The translations under genes were made by a program, and so were the position numbers. The notes under the pieces were generated by a model. The model worked only from the letters and a program-made list of their open reading frames with translations. It was not told where the DNA came from and ran no database searches. Shown piece after piece: positions 1 to 13,699 of a DNA stretch of 64,000 bases; the stretch's first letter is position 1; each line of letters opens with the position of its first letter. The DNA is from Octopus vulgaris (taxonomy: Eukaryota): positions 24,366,001 through 24,430,000 of the forward strand of contig OX597822.1 of the NCBI GenBank assembly GCA_951406725.2. The letters run 5' to 3'.

Positions 1-104
1 TCAAATACAAAATACAGCGTTTGGCAGAAGGACATTATAAGAGCGCATCTTTTTTTCATGCAAGCCTTATGAAGTGCCACTTCCATAATTTTTTTTTTCT
101 TAAT

Positions 105-400
105 GCGCCCTTTTCAACCCTAGCCAGGCTCATGGGCCCGGTTTCCCGGTTTCTGCAGCATATGTGTTGCCCCCAGCTGGACAGGACGCCAGTCCATCGC
201 AGCGTTACTCAAGAGACAGGAAGAAAGAGTGAGAGAAAGTTGGGGCGAAAGAGTACAACAGGGGTCGCCACCACCCGCTACTGGAGCATCGTGGAGCTTT
301 AGGTGTTTTCGCTCAACAAACACACACAACACCTGGTCTGAGAATCGAAACTGCGATCCTCCGACCGCGAGTCCGCTGCCCTAACCACTGCGCCTCCACA
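105..400 (-). mobile_element. tRNA-derived SINE family C (related copies ~6430-6736 -, ~12400-12640 +, ~17845-18068 -, ~18385-18688 -, ~51500-51710 -)
   Basis: Minus-strand head GTGGAGGCGCAGTGGTTAGGGCAGCGGACTCGCGGTCGGAGGATCGCAGTTTCGATTC with A/B-box-like motifs; multiple copies in the window. Confidence 0.8.
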
Positions 401-524
401 CTTTAATATTTAGAATTGCAAATATTACGTGTATTTTCACATGGAACTTTACATAAATTGATGTCAAAAGCAGAAATGGTACGGAAACAATCGAAACTAG
501 TCGTTATATATTATTATTATACTC

Positions 525-941
525 TTTACTCTTTACTCTTTTACTTGTTTCAGTCATTTGACTGCGGCGATGCTGGAGCACCGCCTTTAGTCGAGCAAAT
601 CGACCCCAGGACTTATTTTTTGTAAGCCCAGTACTTATTATATCGGTCTCTTTGCCGAACCGCTAAGTGACGGGGACGTAAACACACCAGCATCGGTTGT
701 CAAGCAATGCTAGGGGGACAAACACAGACACACAAACATATACACATACACTTATATATATATATACATATATAGGACAGGCTTCTTTCAGTTTCCGTCT
801 ACCAAATCCATTCATTCACAAGGCATTGGTCAGCCCGGGGCTATAGCAGAAGACACTTGCCCAAGATGCCACGCAGTGGGACTGAACCCGGAACCATGTG
901 GCTGGTTAGCAAGCTACTTACCACACAGCCACTCCTGCGCC

Positions 942-943
<2 letters not shown>
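525..943 (-). mobile_element. tRNA-derived SINE family B (copies ~4101-4530 +, 18810-19197 -, 25500-25875 -, 30480-30885 -, 42283-42885 -, 46625-46970 -, 50180-51100 +, 54130-54520 -, 60758-61110 +, 63805-64000 -)
   Basis: Head GGCGCAGGAGTGGCTGTGTGGTAAGTAGCTTGC...GGTTCAGTCCC, a CORE-like TTGGGCAAGTG segment, an internal (TA/TG)n tract and an (AGTAAAG)n tail; more than ten copies. Confidence 0.85.
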
Positions 944-1004
<61 letters not shown>

Positions 1005-1546
1005 CATTGAGTGACAGAGCAGTACATGCCATCAAAGTGACAGTGGGGTAAAATATACGAAGCCCAATATACCCATCATGACTACCCGTCTGAAAAGGGT
1101 ACACCAGGCACACAATCATATGTACGCGACATGGTGGTCTCATATCAAGATAAACAGCGCATGACCTTGCAGGTAGGGCCCAGTTAGAATTTTCTTCTGG
1201 TCGTGTAGGCCATTCCGCTCAAAAGGTCCCTGAATAAGGGTTGTTTAAGGACGTTGAACGAAACACCCATGTTTCCAGAGGTGAATTATTCAAATCCCAA
1301 AGAATCCTTCTCAACACATGGCTATGATGCTCCCCCACTACTTCTGCTTGTGTTCAGAGATGCACATATCGTCAGCCACTAAGGGACATGGGCAACTGGT
1401 TAAGGTCAAACAACTGACAAGCAAATCTGTGGTATTGAGCAGAATATTTGCTGTAGCTCATCTTTTATACCAAGACAAAACAAGGTACATGATAACACTT
1501 CCAATCAGTTAAGATCAGAAACCATGAGAGCCACTGTCTGGTACTG

Positions 1547-1548
<2 letters not shown>
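1005..1548. mobile_element. ~540 bp interspersed repeat family D flanked by (ATT)n (copies ~34980-35525, ~59293-59830)
   Basis: Three closely similar copies starting GAG(TG)AGAGAGCAGTGCATGCCATC and ending GGTACTGCAT, each embedded in ATT-type microsatellite. Confidence 0.8.
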
Positions 1549-1623
<75 letters not shown>

Positions 1624-1629
1624 TCGCAG

Positions 1630-1773
1630 GTATGTTGGCAGGAATGTTCCTCCACAAATTCGGAGTACGAGCCACAGCAGTTTCGGGAAGCGTTCTACTC
1701 AGCTTAGGAGTCGGTGCCTCTTGTTTTGCACCCAACATCATATTTCTTATGTGTTTCTTTGGAATTGTAAGCG
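1630..1773 (+). CDS. SLC16/MCT-like MFS transporter, internal coding exon (about TM2-TM4)
   Basis: ttcgcag|GT acceptor and G|gtaagt donor; 144 nt, phase 1-1. Encodes (G)MLAGMFLHKFGVRATAVSGSVLLSLGVGASCFAPNIIFLMCFFGIVS(G), with an MFS motif A-like G-x3-HKFG-x-R. Splices in frame to 4716. Upstream exons were not found in the window. Confidence 0.88.
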
Positions 1774-2014
1774 GTAAGTACAGCTTGACACATACATATG
1801 CATACACACCAGCCTGCCTCACGCCTCGCGCACGCATGCACACACTCAAACGCGCGCACACACACATACACGTATAGGCAAATACTTGCAGAATTGAAAA
1901 CCGGGAAAAAGCAGTTAAGAAGGAGTATGTATATATATATATATATAGTCGCCTAGAAGTCCATAAGTCAGGAAAAATATGCATTCGTATATCTGTCATC
2001 CGAAGTGTACAATC

Positions 2015-2412
2015 TTCTTTTCTACTCTAGGCACAAGGCCCGAAATTTTGGGGGAGGAGACCAGTCGATTAGATCGACCCCAGTACGCAGCTGGTACTTA
2101 ATTTATCGATCCCGTAAAGATGAAAGGCAAAATCGACCTTTGAATTTGAACTCAGAACATAAAGACAGACGAAATACCTATTTCTTTACTACCCACGAGG
2201 GGCTAAACACAGAAGGGACAAACAAGGACAGACAAATGGATTAAGTCGATTATATCGACCCCAGAGCGTAACTGGTACTTATTTAATCGACCCCAAAAGG
2301 ATGAAAGGCAAAGTTGACCTCGGCGGAAATTGAACTCAGAACGTAGCGGCAGATGAAATACCGCTAAGCATTTCGCCCGGTGTGCTAACATTTCTGCCAG
2401 TTCGCCGCCTTC
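2015..2412 (-). mobile_element. tRNA-derived SINE family A, two adjacent copies (others ~13354-13500 -, 15306-15535 +, 28700-28955 +, 31523-31743 +, 34335-34945, 38226-38450 +, 49225-49455 +, 62767-62998 +, and many degenerate)
   Basis: Head GGCGGCGAGCTGGCAGAAACGTTAGC...GAGTTCAAATTCC and a conserved central GCCTTTCATCCTTTCGGGGTCGATAAATTAAGTACC; the most abundant repeat in the window. Confidence 0.85.
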
Positions 2413-2429
2413 CGAAGTATTATATATCC

Positions 2430-3600
2430 ATCACGGCTGATCGTGGGGTTTCCAACAGCATCCTGCTAGATAATGTTGCTCGCTGTCGCATTTCCACGTT
2501 AAAACCACTCAATGACACGCCAGAGTGATGGATGGTAGTGACCAACGAGGTTGAAGAATTTATTATTTCACCCTTCGCAGATGTTGGTACGGGCGTTGCT
2601 GTTCATGGTGGCATCATGCACATTCCATAGGTGAGGGGCAAACATAGGTGGAATGTGATGCATTCTCAGAGGCACCAGGGCATCACTGGACATGGCAACT
2701 GACTGCTGAATCAGTCGAAAGGAGTCACTAACATAAGTACAATCGAAGTACATGAGCAACTCCTCGGCTTCAGGTCGATCCTGGGGAATGACAGTTTTGA
2801 AGTATCCCATACCTTAATTAACGTCTTCTAGAGACAAAAATACGAGAGAATCAATCATGCCACAAAACAAACGAAACTCAGCATTGGTATTATACTGTGT
2901 TCCCAAACCCAGTTCCTGGATCTTACGTCAAATGGACTGCGTAAGATGATAGGGAGAACCTTTGCTCTCTACGTCGCGGCCAAACACTGCAAGAACAGCT
3001 CTCAGTACACCACCTTCAAAGTCAGTTACCACGGTTTGCACATTAATAGAATAGCTTAGGTCTTCACTTATCAACTATAGCCTGAAAGAGTTCTTCGAAG
3101 GTGGCACGAGTCTTGTTTGGAAGAAGAGCGTACACTGAAGTAACAGCTGTATCACCAAAAGGGATACGGATGACATAGATCTGTTTGAAAATATTTGAAG
3201 CCATAGCAAGGTTGCCAACTATAGAGAGAGTATCAGCACCAGTAAAGAGTTTGAGGCCATCACTGGTACCAAATACTAGAATACGGTTGTGTGCATTTGG
3301 TCCGTTATTACAGAGTAAAAACCTCCTCTGGATTATGGTCAACTGTCATAGTATAGTTAGTAGGAAGTTTACCTAGATCTTTTAGCAAAGGAGTAGGTCG
3401 TTGGTTGCGCAGAGTTCGTAACTCATTAATTTACCATAAGTACTGCATATTCCTTTACAGGGACTGATTGATATGTTAACCTTAAAAAGGTGAGAATTCG
3501 ACAGTTAACCTTTCTATTAAAGACGCAGAAACAGTGCTAACGTCTCCTGTTTCTTTTTTTTTGTGACTCTTTTTCCTGTTACTTTTTTTACCTGGATCCG
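2430..3600 (-). mobile_element. Degenerate MULE (Mutator-like) DNA transposon, transposase pseudogene
   Basis: ORFs 3064..3342 (RILVFGT..., QIYVI..., VYALLPNKT...FEELF) and 2568..2810 (LMYFDCTYV, PPMFAPHLWNVH, RTNICEG), with VVTDFE and HLTQSI*RKIQELGL between them; stops present. TIR-like GGAAAAAGAGTCAC repeats near 3560-3600. Confidence 0.8.
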
Positions 3601-3924
3601 CATGCATACACACATACATCCATGTGTGTGCGTGTGCGTGTATGTGTCTGTGTTTGTAGTTGGTTGCTTGTGTCTCGTATTCTAGAAGTTCGACATGCAT
3701 AACAGAGATCGATAAAATAAGTACCAGGTTTAAAAATATGTACTGCGGTCGATATAACCGACTGAACCCTTGAAAGCGACGTCCCAGCTTGGAAGCGGTT
3801 CATTGAGTGAAAGCAGTGTGAAAGAACAGAAGAATAAAAACATTATATACTTCCATTTTAGTTCAGTAAAACTGCCAATGCTCTCTGGAAATGACTGAAT
3901 CCTACAACTCGACCATTTTACTTT

Positions 3925-4265
3925 TCTCTAAAAAGGATATTACACCGTTTGCGTTTGATAAGATGAAATTTAAAATATTTCGTGTGTCCCTAAAAAGAAT
4001 ATTACACTCTTTGTGCTTGGTGAAAAGAAACATACAAAAAAGAATACTGTACTCCTTGTGCTTAGTGTTTGTATCCCTTCCCCCCCCCCCCAAAAAAAAA
4101 TGTGGCTGTGTGGTAAGTAGCTTGCTTACCAACCACATGGTTCCGGGTTCAGTCCCACTGCGTGGCATCTTGAGCAAGTGTCTTCGGCTATAACCCCGGG
4201 CCGACCAGTGCCTTGTGAGTGGATTTGGTAGACGGAAACTGAAAGAAGCCTGTCCTATATATGTA

Positions 4266-4324
<59 letters not shown>

Positions 4325-4712
4325 GTTTGTGTGTCTGTGTTTGTGCCCCTAGCATTGCTTGACAACCGATGCTGGCGTGTTTACGTCCCCGTCACTTAGC
4401 GGTTCGGCAAAAAAGACCGATAGAATAAGTACTGGGCTTACAAAGAATAAGTCTCGGGGTCGATTTGCTCGACTAAAGGCGATGCTCCAGCACGGCCGTA
4501 GTAAAATGACTGAAACAAGTAAAAGAGTATATATATTTTACCATTTGTGCTTGATGAAGCTAATATATTTGATATCTCTTTAAAACAAAATTGCATCCTT
4601 TGTGTTCGGCGAAACGAAACTAATGTATTTTGTATCTCGCTCTAAAAAAAGAATGTTGTACCTTTTGTTCTTGGAGAAACGAACCTAATATATACCGTAT
4701 CTTCTCTGTTTT
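3925..4712. repeat. Degenerate ~40-60 bp minisatellite interrupted by a family B SINE
   Basis: Recurrent AAAAGAATATTACACTCTTTGTGCTTGGTGAAA-like units on both sides of the SINE at 4101-4530. Confidence 0.55.
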
Positions 4713-4715
4713 CAG

Positions 4716-5777
4716 GTGTTGGGTCTTCGTTTCTATTTTGCTCGATGAATGTGGGTGTTGCTTCGTATCTGGAAAATTCTGGTCGACATCTTATGCCTTT
4801 AGTAGATATGGGAGGATCAGCTGGTGGCGTAGTTTGCCCGCCTTTGATTTCTTATTTAATCGATTTTTACGGTTGGCGGGGAAGCTTATTGATATTTGCC
4901 GCCATTGCCTTAAATTCTTTACCTTGCGGCTTAATGTATTCCATTAAGAATAGAATGGACAACAACGATAAAAATTCAAAACAACGTCAAGATTCATATG
5001 GAGAAAAGGACATCGACAATATTTACAAACTGTTATCCACCGACATCGAAGAAGCGGGAAAAGCGGATAGTTGTTACGTTGAACATAACAGCGAGCAACT
5101 TCTGCTTCAATCCAACAACAGTCACTGTGCAGAAGAAACGGGAGATTTAGCAAGAAACGATACGTCATCAGATCACTGCTTGGCTACTAAACCAGCCATA
5201 GACGACAGCTCATCACTGAACCGTGAACACTCGAAAACTAATGACCAAGTAGAAGATACTGAAAATACAACCAGTGAAATTAGCCCAAAAGCTCTATTTC
5301 TCTCGATTTTTTCCAATAAAGGTTTTCTTTTATTTGTTCTAACTATGACAGTAGTAGTCAGTTCAGAACTCACATTATCAGCAATGACGTCCGATTTCTT
5401 CGTCAGCAAAGGTACGACTCGCTCAGAAGCTGCACAAATTTATGGAATCGGTTTTACTGGTGAAATTATCGCCCACATTTCTAGTACATGGATGCTTTAT
5501 AAAAACAAGACGCTAAGTTTACTTATTTTTTGCACATCTGCTATATTAAGTGGAGCTTTGGTTACGATATATCCTTCCATTCCTACGATGACATCACTGT
5601 CGTCTGCTGGATCGGCAATATTTTTAACAATGTGTGAAATGACTGCTCACGGACATTACCAGGCTGTATGCATCCTTGTTATTTTGGAATTTTTCGATGA
5701 GAAGCGATATCCATTTGCCATAGGTTTCACTATGACAGTTTCGGGAATTTTCGTTCCCATTTTCGGATACATATTTG
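4716..5777 (+). CDS. SLC16/MCT-like MFS transporter, large exon (about TM4-TM11 plus central loop)
   Basis: tgttttcag|GT acceptor, G|gtaaag donor. Matches ORF 4745..5860: GVGSSFLFCSMNVG..., PPLISYLIDFYGWRGSLLIFAAIALNSLPCGL (SLC16 YGWRG signature), a long acidic loop, then hydrophobic helices. Confidence 0.9.
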
Positions 5778-6119
5778 GTAAAGTAATCCCATTTATTACA
5801 TATTTTTTTCCTCATAACTATTTAAATGTTTGGAATATTTTTTTTTACTTTAATGTTTGAGACATCTGTACTTCTCTATCTTCTTTCAGTACTTCAACTT
5901 CTCTCTCACTCTTCTCTGACTATCTGTTTCTGTTCGCTTTTCTCCCCCCTCTCTCTTGTCTAACTATCTCTGTTCGCTTTCCCCTCCATTCCTCCCTCTC
6001 TCTTGCATCGATCTTACTCAGAGATTAAAGTTATGCTCTCTAAGTAAATTACTACATTCGACCTTTTACCCATTAGTTCCATGAATTCAGTGTCAAAGAC
6101 AGTAGTTTCGCTAGTGAGC

Positions 6120-6156
<37 letters not shown>

Positions 6157-7239
6157 CGTGTGCGTATACGTGTGTGTATGGATATCTGTAGTAATCCATG
6201 TCTCTTTCTTTCTCTTTTTCTATGCGCTCGTGTGTGTGGTTATGTTTGTATTTATCTATTTACACACAATACACTCACCCTCTATCTCTATATATCTATC
6301 TATATACAAACATACACTCTTTCCCCCTCTCTCTCTTTCTCTCTTGCCTGTCACACCCTGTTCATTCCTCTCGATTCCGCTAACCTACGCCCCAATACTT
6401 CCTCACTTCCACTCTTCCACACACATACATTCTTGTTTGTTCCTTCTCGAGCCATGCCTGGCTCATAAGGGCCGGTTTCCCGGTTTCTTGGCGTATAGGT
6501 TACCCCACCTGGACAGGACGTCGGTCCGTCGCAGGTGAGCTGCAAGATGCAGGAGGAAAGAATGAGAGAAAGTTGTGGCAAAAGAGTCAGCAGAAGTTCG
6601 CCATTACCTTCTGCGGAGCCGCGTGGAGCTTAGGTGTTTCGCTCATAAACACACACATCGCCCGGTCTGAGATTCGAACCCTCGATCCCTCGACCGCGAG
6701 TCCGCTGCTCTAACCACTTGGCCATGTGCCTCCACACACACCTACATCATCTCTGGAAAAAACTACTTTCCCATATTCCAGACACAGATACACTGCCATA
6801 CTTGCACATACTCATTCACCACCTTCTTAACCCATTCCATAGAGACACAATCCAACTTGTTTCTTAACCCCTCTTTGGTTTCTTCTTTTTACTCGCCGAC
6901 AATTCCAATTTTTATCCCTCTTCTTTTCTTTTTGTTCTGATAATTGACTAATATCCGAAACGTCCCTCTCCCCATTAAAGCGTTAAGATAATACCGTAAT
7001 TGCTTAAACCTTCTCCCACCTGTGTTAGTTTTTTTATTATTCATTACATTTACATTTGTGCGTGTGTATGTGTATATGTGTGTGTGCGTGTGCATATGCA
7101 TATATGTGTGTGTGCGTGCGTCTGTATCTCTGTGTGTACATAAGTGTGTGTGCAAATGCACTTGTATATAGTATGCATATATATGTGTGCAGCAAGATAC
7201 AAAATCATTCTAGAATTAGTTTCCAAAATCTAATTCCGA

Positions 7240-9552
<2,313 letters not shown>

Positions 9553-9602
9553 AGCTCTTCTGCATTTCTAAACCCTGAATTTTAATTTCATCTTTTTTTC
9601 AG

Positions 9603-9775
9603 GTATTATCACTCAATACAACAACAACGACTACACCGTCAGCTTTTATCTTCTGGGCTCCTTAATTGTGATCTTTACTTTGCCAACATTTATACGTTTT
9701 CTTGTTAAACGAGAAAAGTCTAAGAGAAAAGAAACCCATCAAAAGAACTTGGAAGTAAATTTAAAAGACTCTTAA
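9603..9775 (+). CDS. SLC16/MCT-like MFS transporter, last coding exon (TM12 and C-tail)
   Basis: tctttttttcag|GT acceptor, phase 1. Encodes (G)IITQYNNNDYTVSFYLLGSLIVIFTLPTFIRFLVKREKSKRKETHQKNLEVNLKDS*, TAA at 9773-9775. AATAAA signals follow at ~10311, ~10377 and ~10445. Confidence 0.85.
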
Positions 9776-10572
9776 ATTCAAAGGACATTTTACTAACTTT
9801 CACTTTTAAAGAAGACAAAAATAATCTGTTGATGCAATCTTCTTATCTCACAGTTCGTCCTTGGAAATCTTGTCAGAATATGAAAGGTGTGTAAAACGTT
9901 TGTCTTGAAGAACAGCACAGGAAAAAACGTAAAAAAAAAAAAAAAGATAATTTATTAAAAGTAAGGCGTATTTTAAAATTTATTCGTTTTGTAAGCTCTT
10001 ATAAAAGAAACAGTGAATGCGAAACGAATTAAATAGAGAGAGAGGTGGGGTGCTGGATAATGAAGTTTGCGACACGGCTACAGACAACGAACACACGATA
10101 ATATGGCTTCGCAAAGAAACAAACTATGGAAGGATAAAAGAGAATGAATTAGCTCGTCTACATGTATGTGATTGATATATTTTAATGTCTGAAAGAATTA
10201 TTTGAATGTATGTGATGTATCATGAAGATGTGACTGAATGTAAACATTTTTGTACAGTTAATATGGTTTCTTTGTGAATCAATTTATAAAATTATTTATT
10301 TATATATTTTAATAAAACAGGAGAATACGGGGGAACTTAATGCTGTTCAGCTTTGGCAAAGAAGTTATAGAAATATAATAAACAGTCGAGTAAATTATAT
10401 ATCACGAAGAAGAAAAAAAAAAGCTAACGTTTTTCGAAGACAATAATAAAGCAAATCACTGATGTACGAATTACGAGTTTTATTTCATTGCTGTTATATA
10501 TACGAGGGCACAGTTGATAGTATATATGTGATAGATGCTATTATATACAACAGTCAATTTCTTTATTAACCA

Positions 10573-10933
10573 CTAGCACTATGACCCGGCGTTGCCGGGT
10601 CATAGTGCTTGTGCATGCATATACAGCTGCGTGCGTGCGCACATACACGCGCGTACTGTCCAAATCTCCGACCAATCACATACAGCTAGCTGGCATTCAA
10701 TTGGCATATCAAGTTTCGGGCATTTTGATAGAAAATTCACAAAAATTCACAAAAAGTCACTTCTATTGATTTTTTAATGGCTTTACGGGATGACTGGGGA
10801 AATGTAAAGATGTGCACGACCACCCTTGGACGGTTTTGAATGACCATAGAAAGTGCAAGCCCTCTAACTGAAAAATTGTGGATTTGTATAAAGGACACAC
10901 ACGCAGACATTTTGGCATTTATATATAGAGAGA
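10573..10933 (-). mobile_element. Non-autonomous Helitron
   Basis: Minus strand reads A|TCTCTCTATATATAAATG...GCACTATGACCCGGC-AAC-GCCGGGTCATAGTG-CTAG|T: 5' TC, 3' hairpin plus CTAG, inserted between A and T with no target-site duplication. Confidence 0.85.
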
Positions 10934-11254
10934 TAATGTTGAGAAAAAGAGGGGACGATACGAGGACAGACAAAACAAACATTGGGGTCAGGGTATCGAA
11001 TGAGACGAAACATATGAATAAACAAACAATTAAAATATATACAATTAAATGAGAATGAGTGATTAACAAACAATGAAGCGGAGGACGCGGTCGACCCCAC
11101 AAACCACATACTCACACTGAAGACTTTGCTTTCTCCTTTTAATATTCTCGTTTAAACAGGTTCTTTCACTCGCAACACACTTGCTATAGACTTCCATCTT
11201 TTACGATAATAGGTGTTTCGCTCATAAACACACACATCGCCCGGTCTGAGATTG

Positions 11255-11520
11255 CGACAGGCATTTCTTCTTCAGCCTTATTTTCTGTTTCATGTGGAAA
11301 ATGAAAACGTCGATTAGCTCGAGACTGGAGATGAACATGCCTGTTGCAATTCCTTCCACTCTCGTCTTCCATACTACCTCTTTCGCAACTACCGAGAGAA
11401 AACAGGCTCGCTCCTCCCTATTCAGGGAGGTCGGCAGAACGATCTTAATTACAGATTCGCTCGACATTTGTACTCTTCTCGAATGCAACAGCAGGTGTTC
11501 GACATAAGCCCAGAGCATGG
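11255..11520 (-). mobile_element. L1/Tx1-like LINE ORF2 C-terminal fragment
   Basis: ORF 11222..11620: LWAYVEHLL...AKEVVWKTR...FHMKQKIRL resembles the C-terminus of Tx1-type ORF2. Confidence 0.5.
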
Positions 11521-11604
11521 GCAAACTGTAGCCTACAGGACTTTCTGAATGGCACACCAACGAAAGATTACTTTGAACCATTTTAGTAGGGCGGTCGCCC
11601 GGGT

Positions 11605-12140
11605 GCGAATTTTTTCCCACTAGCGCTCCGGACCCCCAGTTATGAACTCATTTGCATACAGCCAATCAGAGCTCGACTATCAGACTAATTTATGAGCGCA
11701 TAACAAGTGATGAGCGATAAGATAGGGTCACTTGTTAAGGAATGAACATGCTTCTTTTCTCTTAATAATGCTTCTGGTTCTTGTTCTTGTTTCAACCATG
11801 GCTGCCTCTGCGTGGTTATTTGTGTTGTTTACTTTGTAAAATGGTAAGGGGAGAGGGTTGCTAGCACATCACCCTCTACCCACATTTCCCCATCCATATC
11901 TTTACCATATAGGGCCCTAACAAATCCGATAATGGGTATAGATGCAAATATATCCAATTACTTGTCTCCTAAAATCAGGCATAACTTGGCGATCCGTCGA
12001 CTTATAACACAGTTCTTCGTCTTGAACTTACTTGGTAGAGTGTGTTTGTTAACTTGACAAGGCCAAGGTGAGCTCTGATTGGCTCTATGCAAATGAATTC
12101 ATTACTGCGGTTCAGAACTCTCGTGGGAAAAAAATTTCGC
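11605..12140. repeat. ~70 bp imperfect inverted repeats (11605-11674 / 12070-12140) around a ~395 bp spacer
   Basis: GCGAATTTTTTCCCAC...ATGAACTCATTTGCATACAGCCAATCAGAGCTC versus the reverse complement of GAGCTCTGATTGGCTCTATGCAAATGAATTCAT...GTGGGAAAAAAATTTCGC. Confidence 0.85.
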
Positions 12141-12829
12141 CCACCAGATTCTGGCCCATGTGTCATACGGCCCGCTTCTCGGTAAAGGTTATCCATGCCT
12201 TGTATACAGTAATAAGACAGGAGCTGGTAGAATCGTTACAGTGGTGTGTCGGAAAAATGCTTTGTGGTATTTGTTCCGACTCTTCAATTTCTGAGTTCAA
12301 ATCAGTTTTACTTTTCATCCTTTCGGGGGTTCGATGACATAAAGTACCAATCTAATACCGGAGTCGATGGTATCGAATAATCCTCTCCCCTAAAATTTGT
12401 GGAGGCGCGCGGTTTACTGGTTTGAATGTTGGACTCAAGATCGTAAGATTGTGGTTTCGATTCCTGGACCAGGTGACGCGGTGTTTTCTTGAGCAAAACA
12501 CTCCATTTCATGTTGCTCCAGTCCACTCAGTTGGCAAAAATGAGTAACGCTGCGACGGACTGGCGTTCCGTCCAGGTGGAGAATATATACGCCATGGAAA
12601 CTAGCCCTTATGAATCAGCATGATTCGGGAAGGTAACATTTACCTTCACTTTACCCCTAAAATTTGCTGCCCTTGAGACTGTTATTACGTATAATGTTGA
12701 CTCAAATCTATAGGTACACTCTGTAGTTCAGAAGCAGAAATAAGGATGTTATCATTCGAACACGCATCTGTGAATTATGAAAGGGAAGTGAGAGACGAGA
12801 GATAGATGTGGGGAGAGAGAGTGGAGGGA

Positions 12830-13100
12830 AAAGACACCGACGGATTGTGTGAGTAGGGTAGGAGATGAGATGATGTAAACTGTGAGGGGGTTGAAGTGAA
12901 GAGTATGGGAGGCGATGTAAATAGCGTGGGAAGTGATGTGAGTAGTGCGAGAGACTGTTTGAGCAGCGTCGGAGGAGATGGGAAACAGTGTGAGTAGTAT
13001 GGGAGATGGTGGGAAACTGCGAGTCGCGTGGGAGATTATGTGAGTAGTGTAGGAGATAGAGTGATGTGCGAGATGGTGTGAGAAGTATGGGAGACGATAT
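12830..13100. repeat. Degenerate purine-rich minisatellite
   Basis: Repeated TGTGAGTAGT(A/G)TGGGAGA-like units. Confidence 0.55.
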
Positions 13101-13699
13101 GAAAGGTAATTGTTTGAAATTAAATGAAATGTCAAGAAATGGTGGCTAGAGTGCTAGTATTATGCAGGTCACTTGAAATGGCAAGGACAAAGTGGTTGAT
13201 GTAGGAAACAAGAAGGAAAGATGAGTAAAGAGGTGAAGACGGAATGAAATCATTAACTACACGTCCGTATTCGCAAGCAAAAAGCAATATTGAAGCATAT
13301 ACATTAACATACATATATTACCCGCGATAACGACATCATACCAAAAATATCACCTATTTCTTTACTACCCGCAAGGGGCTAAACACAGAGGAGACAAACA
13401 AGGACAAACAAACAGATTAAGTCGGTTATATCGACCCCAGTGCATAACTGGTACTTATTTAATCGACCCCGAAAAGTTGAAAGGCAAAGTCGACCTCGGC
13501 TTCATCAAAATAATATAAAACATATACAACCTCTTGAAAAAACAAATATCCCAGTGCAATATATTTCCGATGGAATATTAGCAAAAAGTTCTACAAAGAC
13601 TTACTCGTAGAAATTCACAGAATTAGCCGGAAGATGGAATACCTGCCCTTCCACTGGAATAAGGTGAATAGTCCTTATTTTCCGACATATTGTCGAACA

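Noticed and set aside
5778-5860. C-terminal extension of ORF 4745..5860 (KVIPFITYFF...)
   Set aside because: Read-through into the intron; splicing at 5777 to 9603 supplies a proper TM12.
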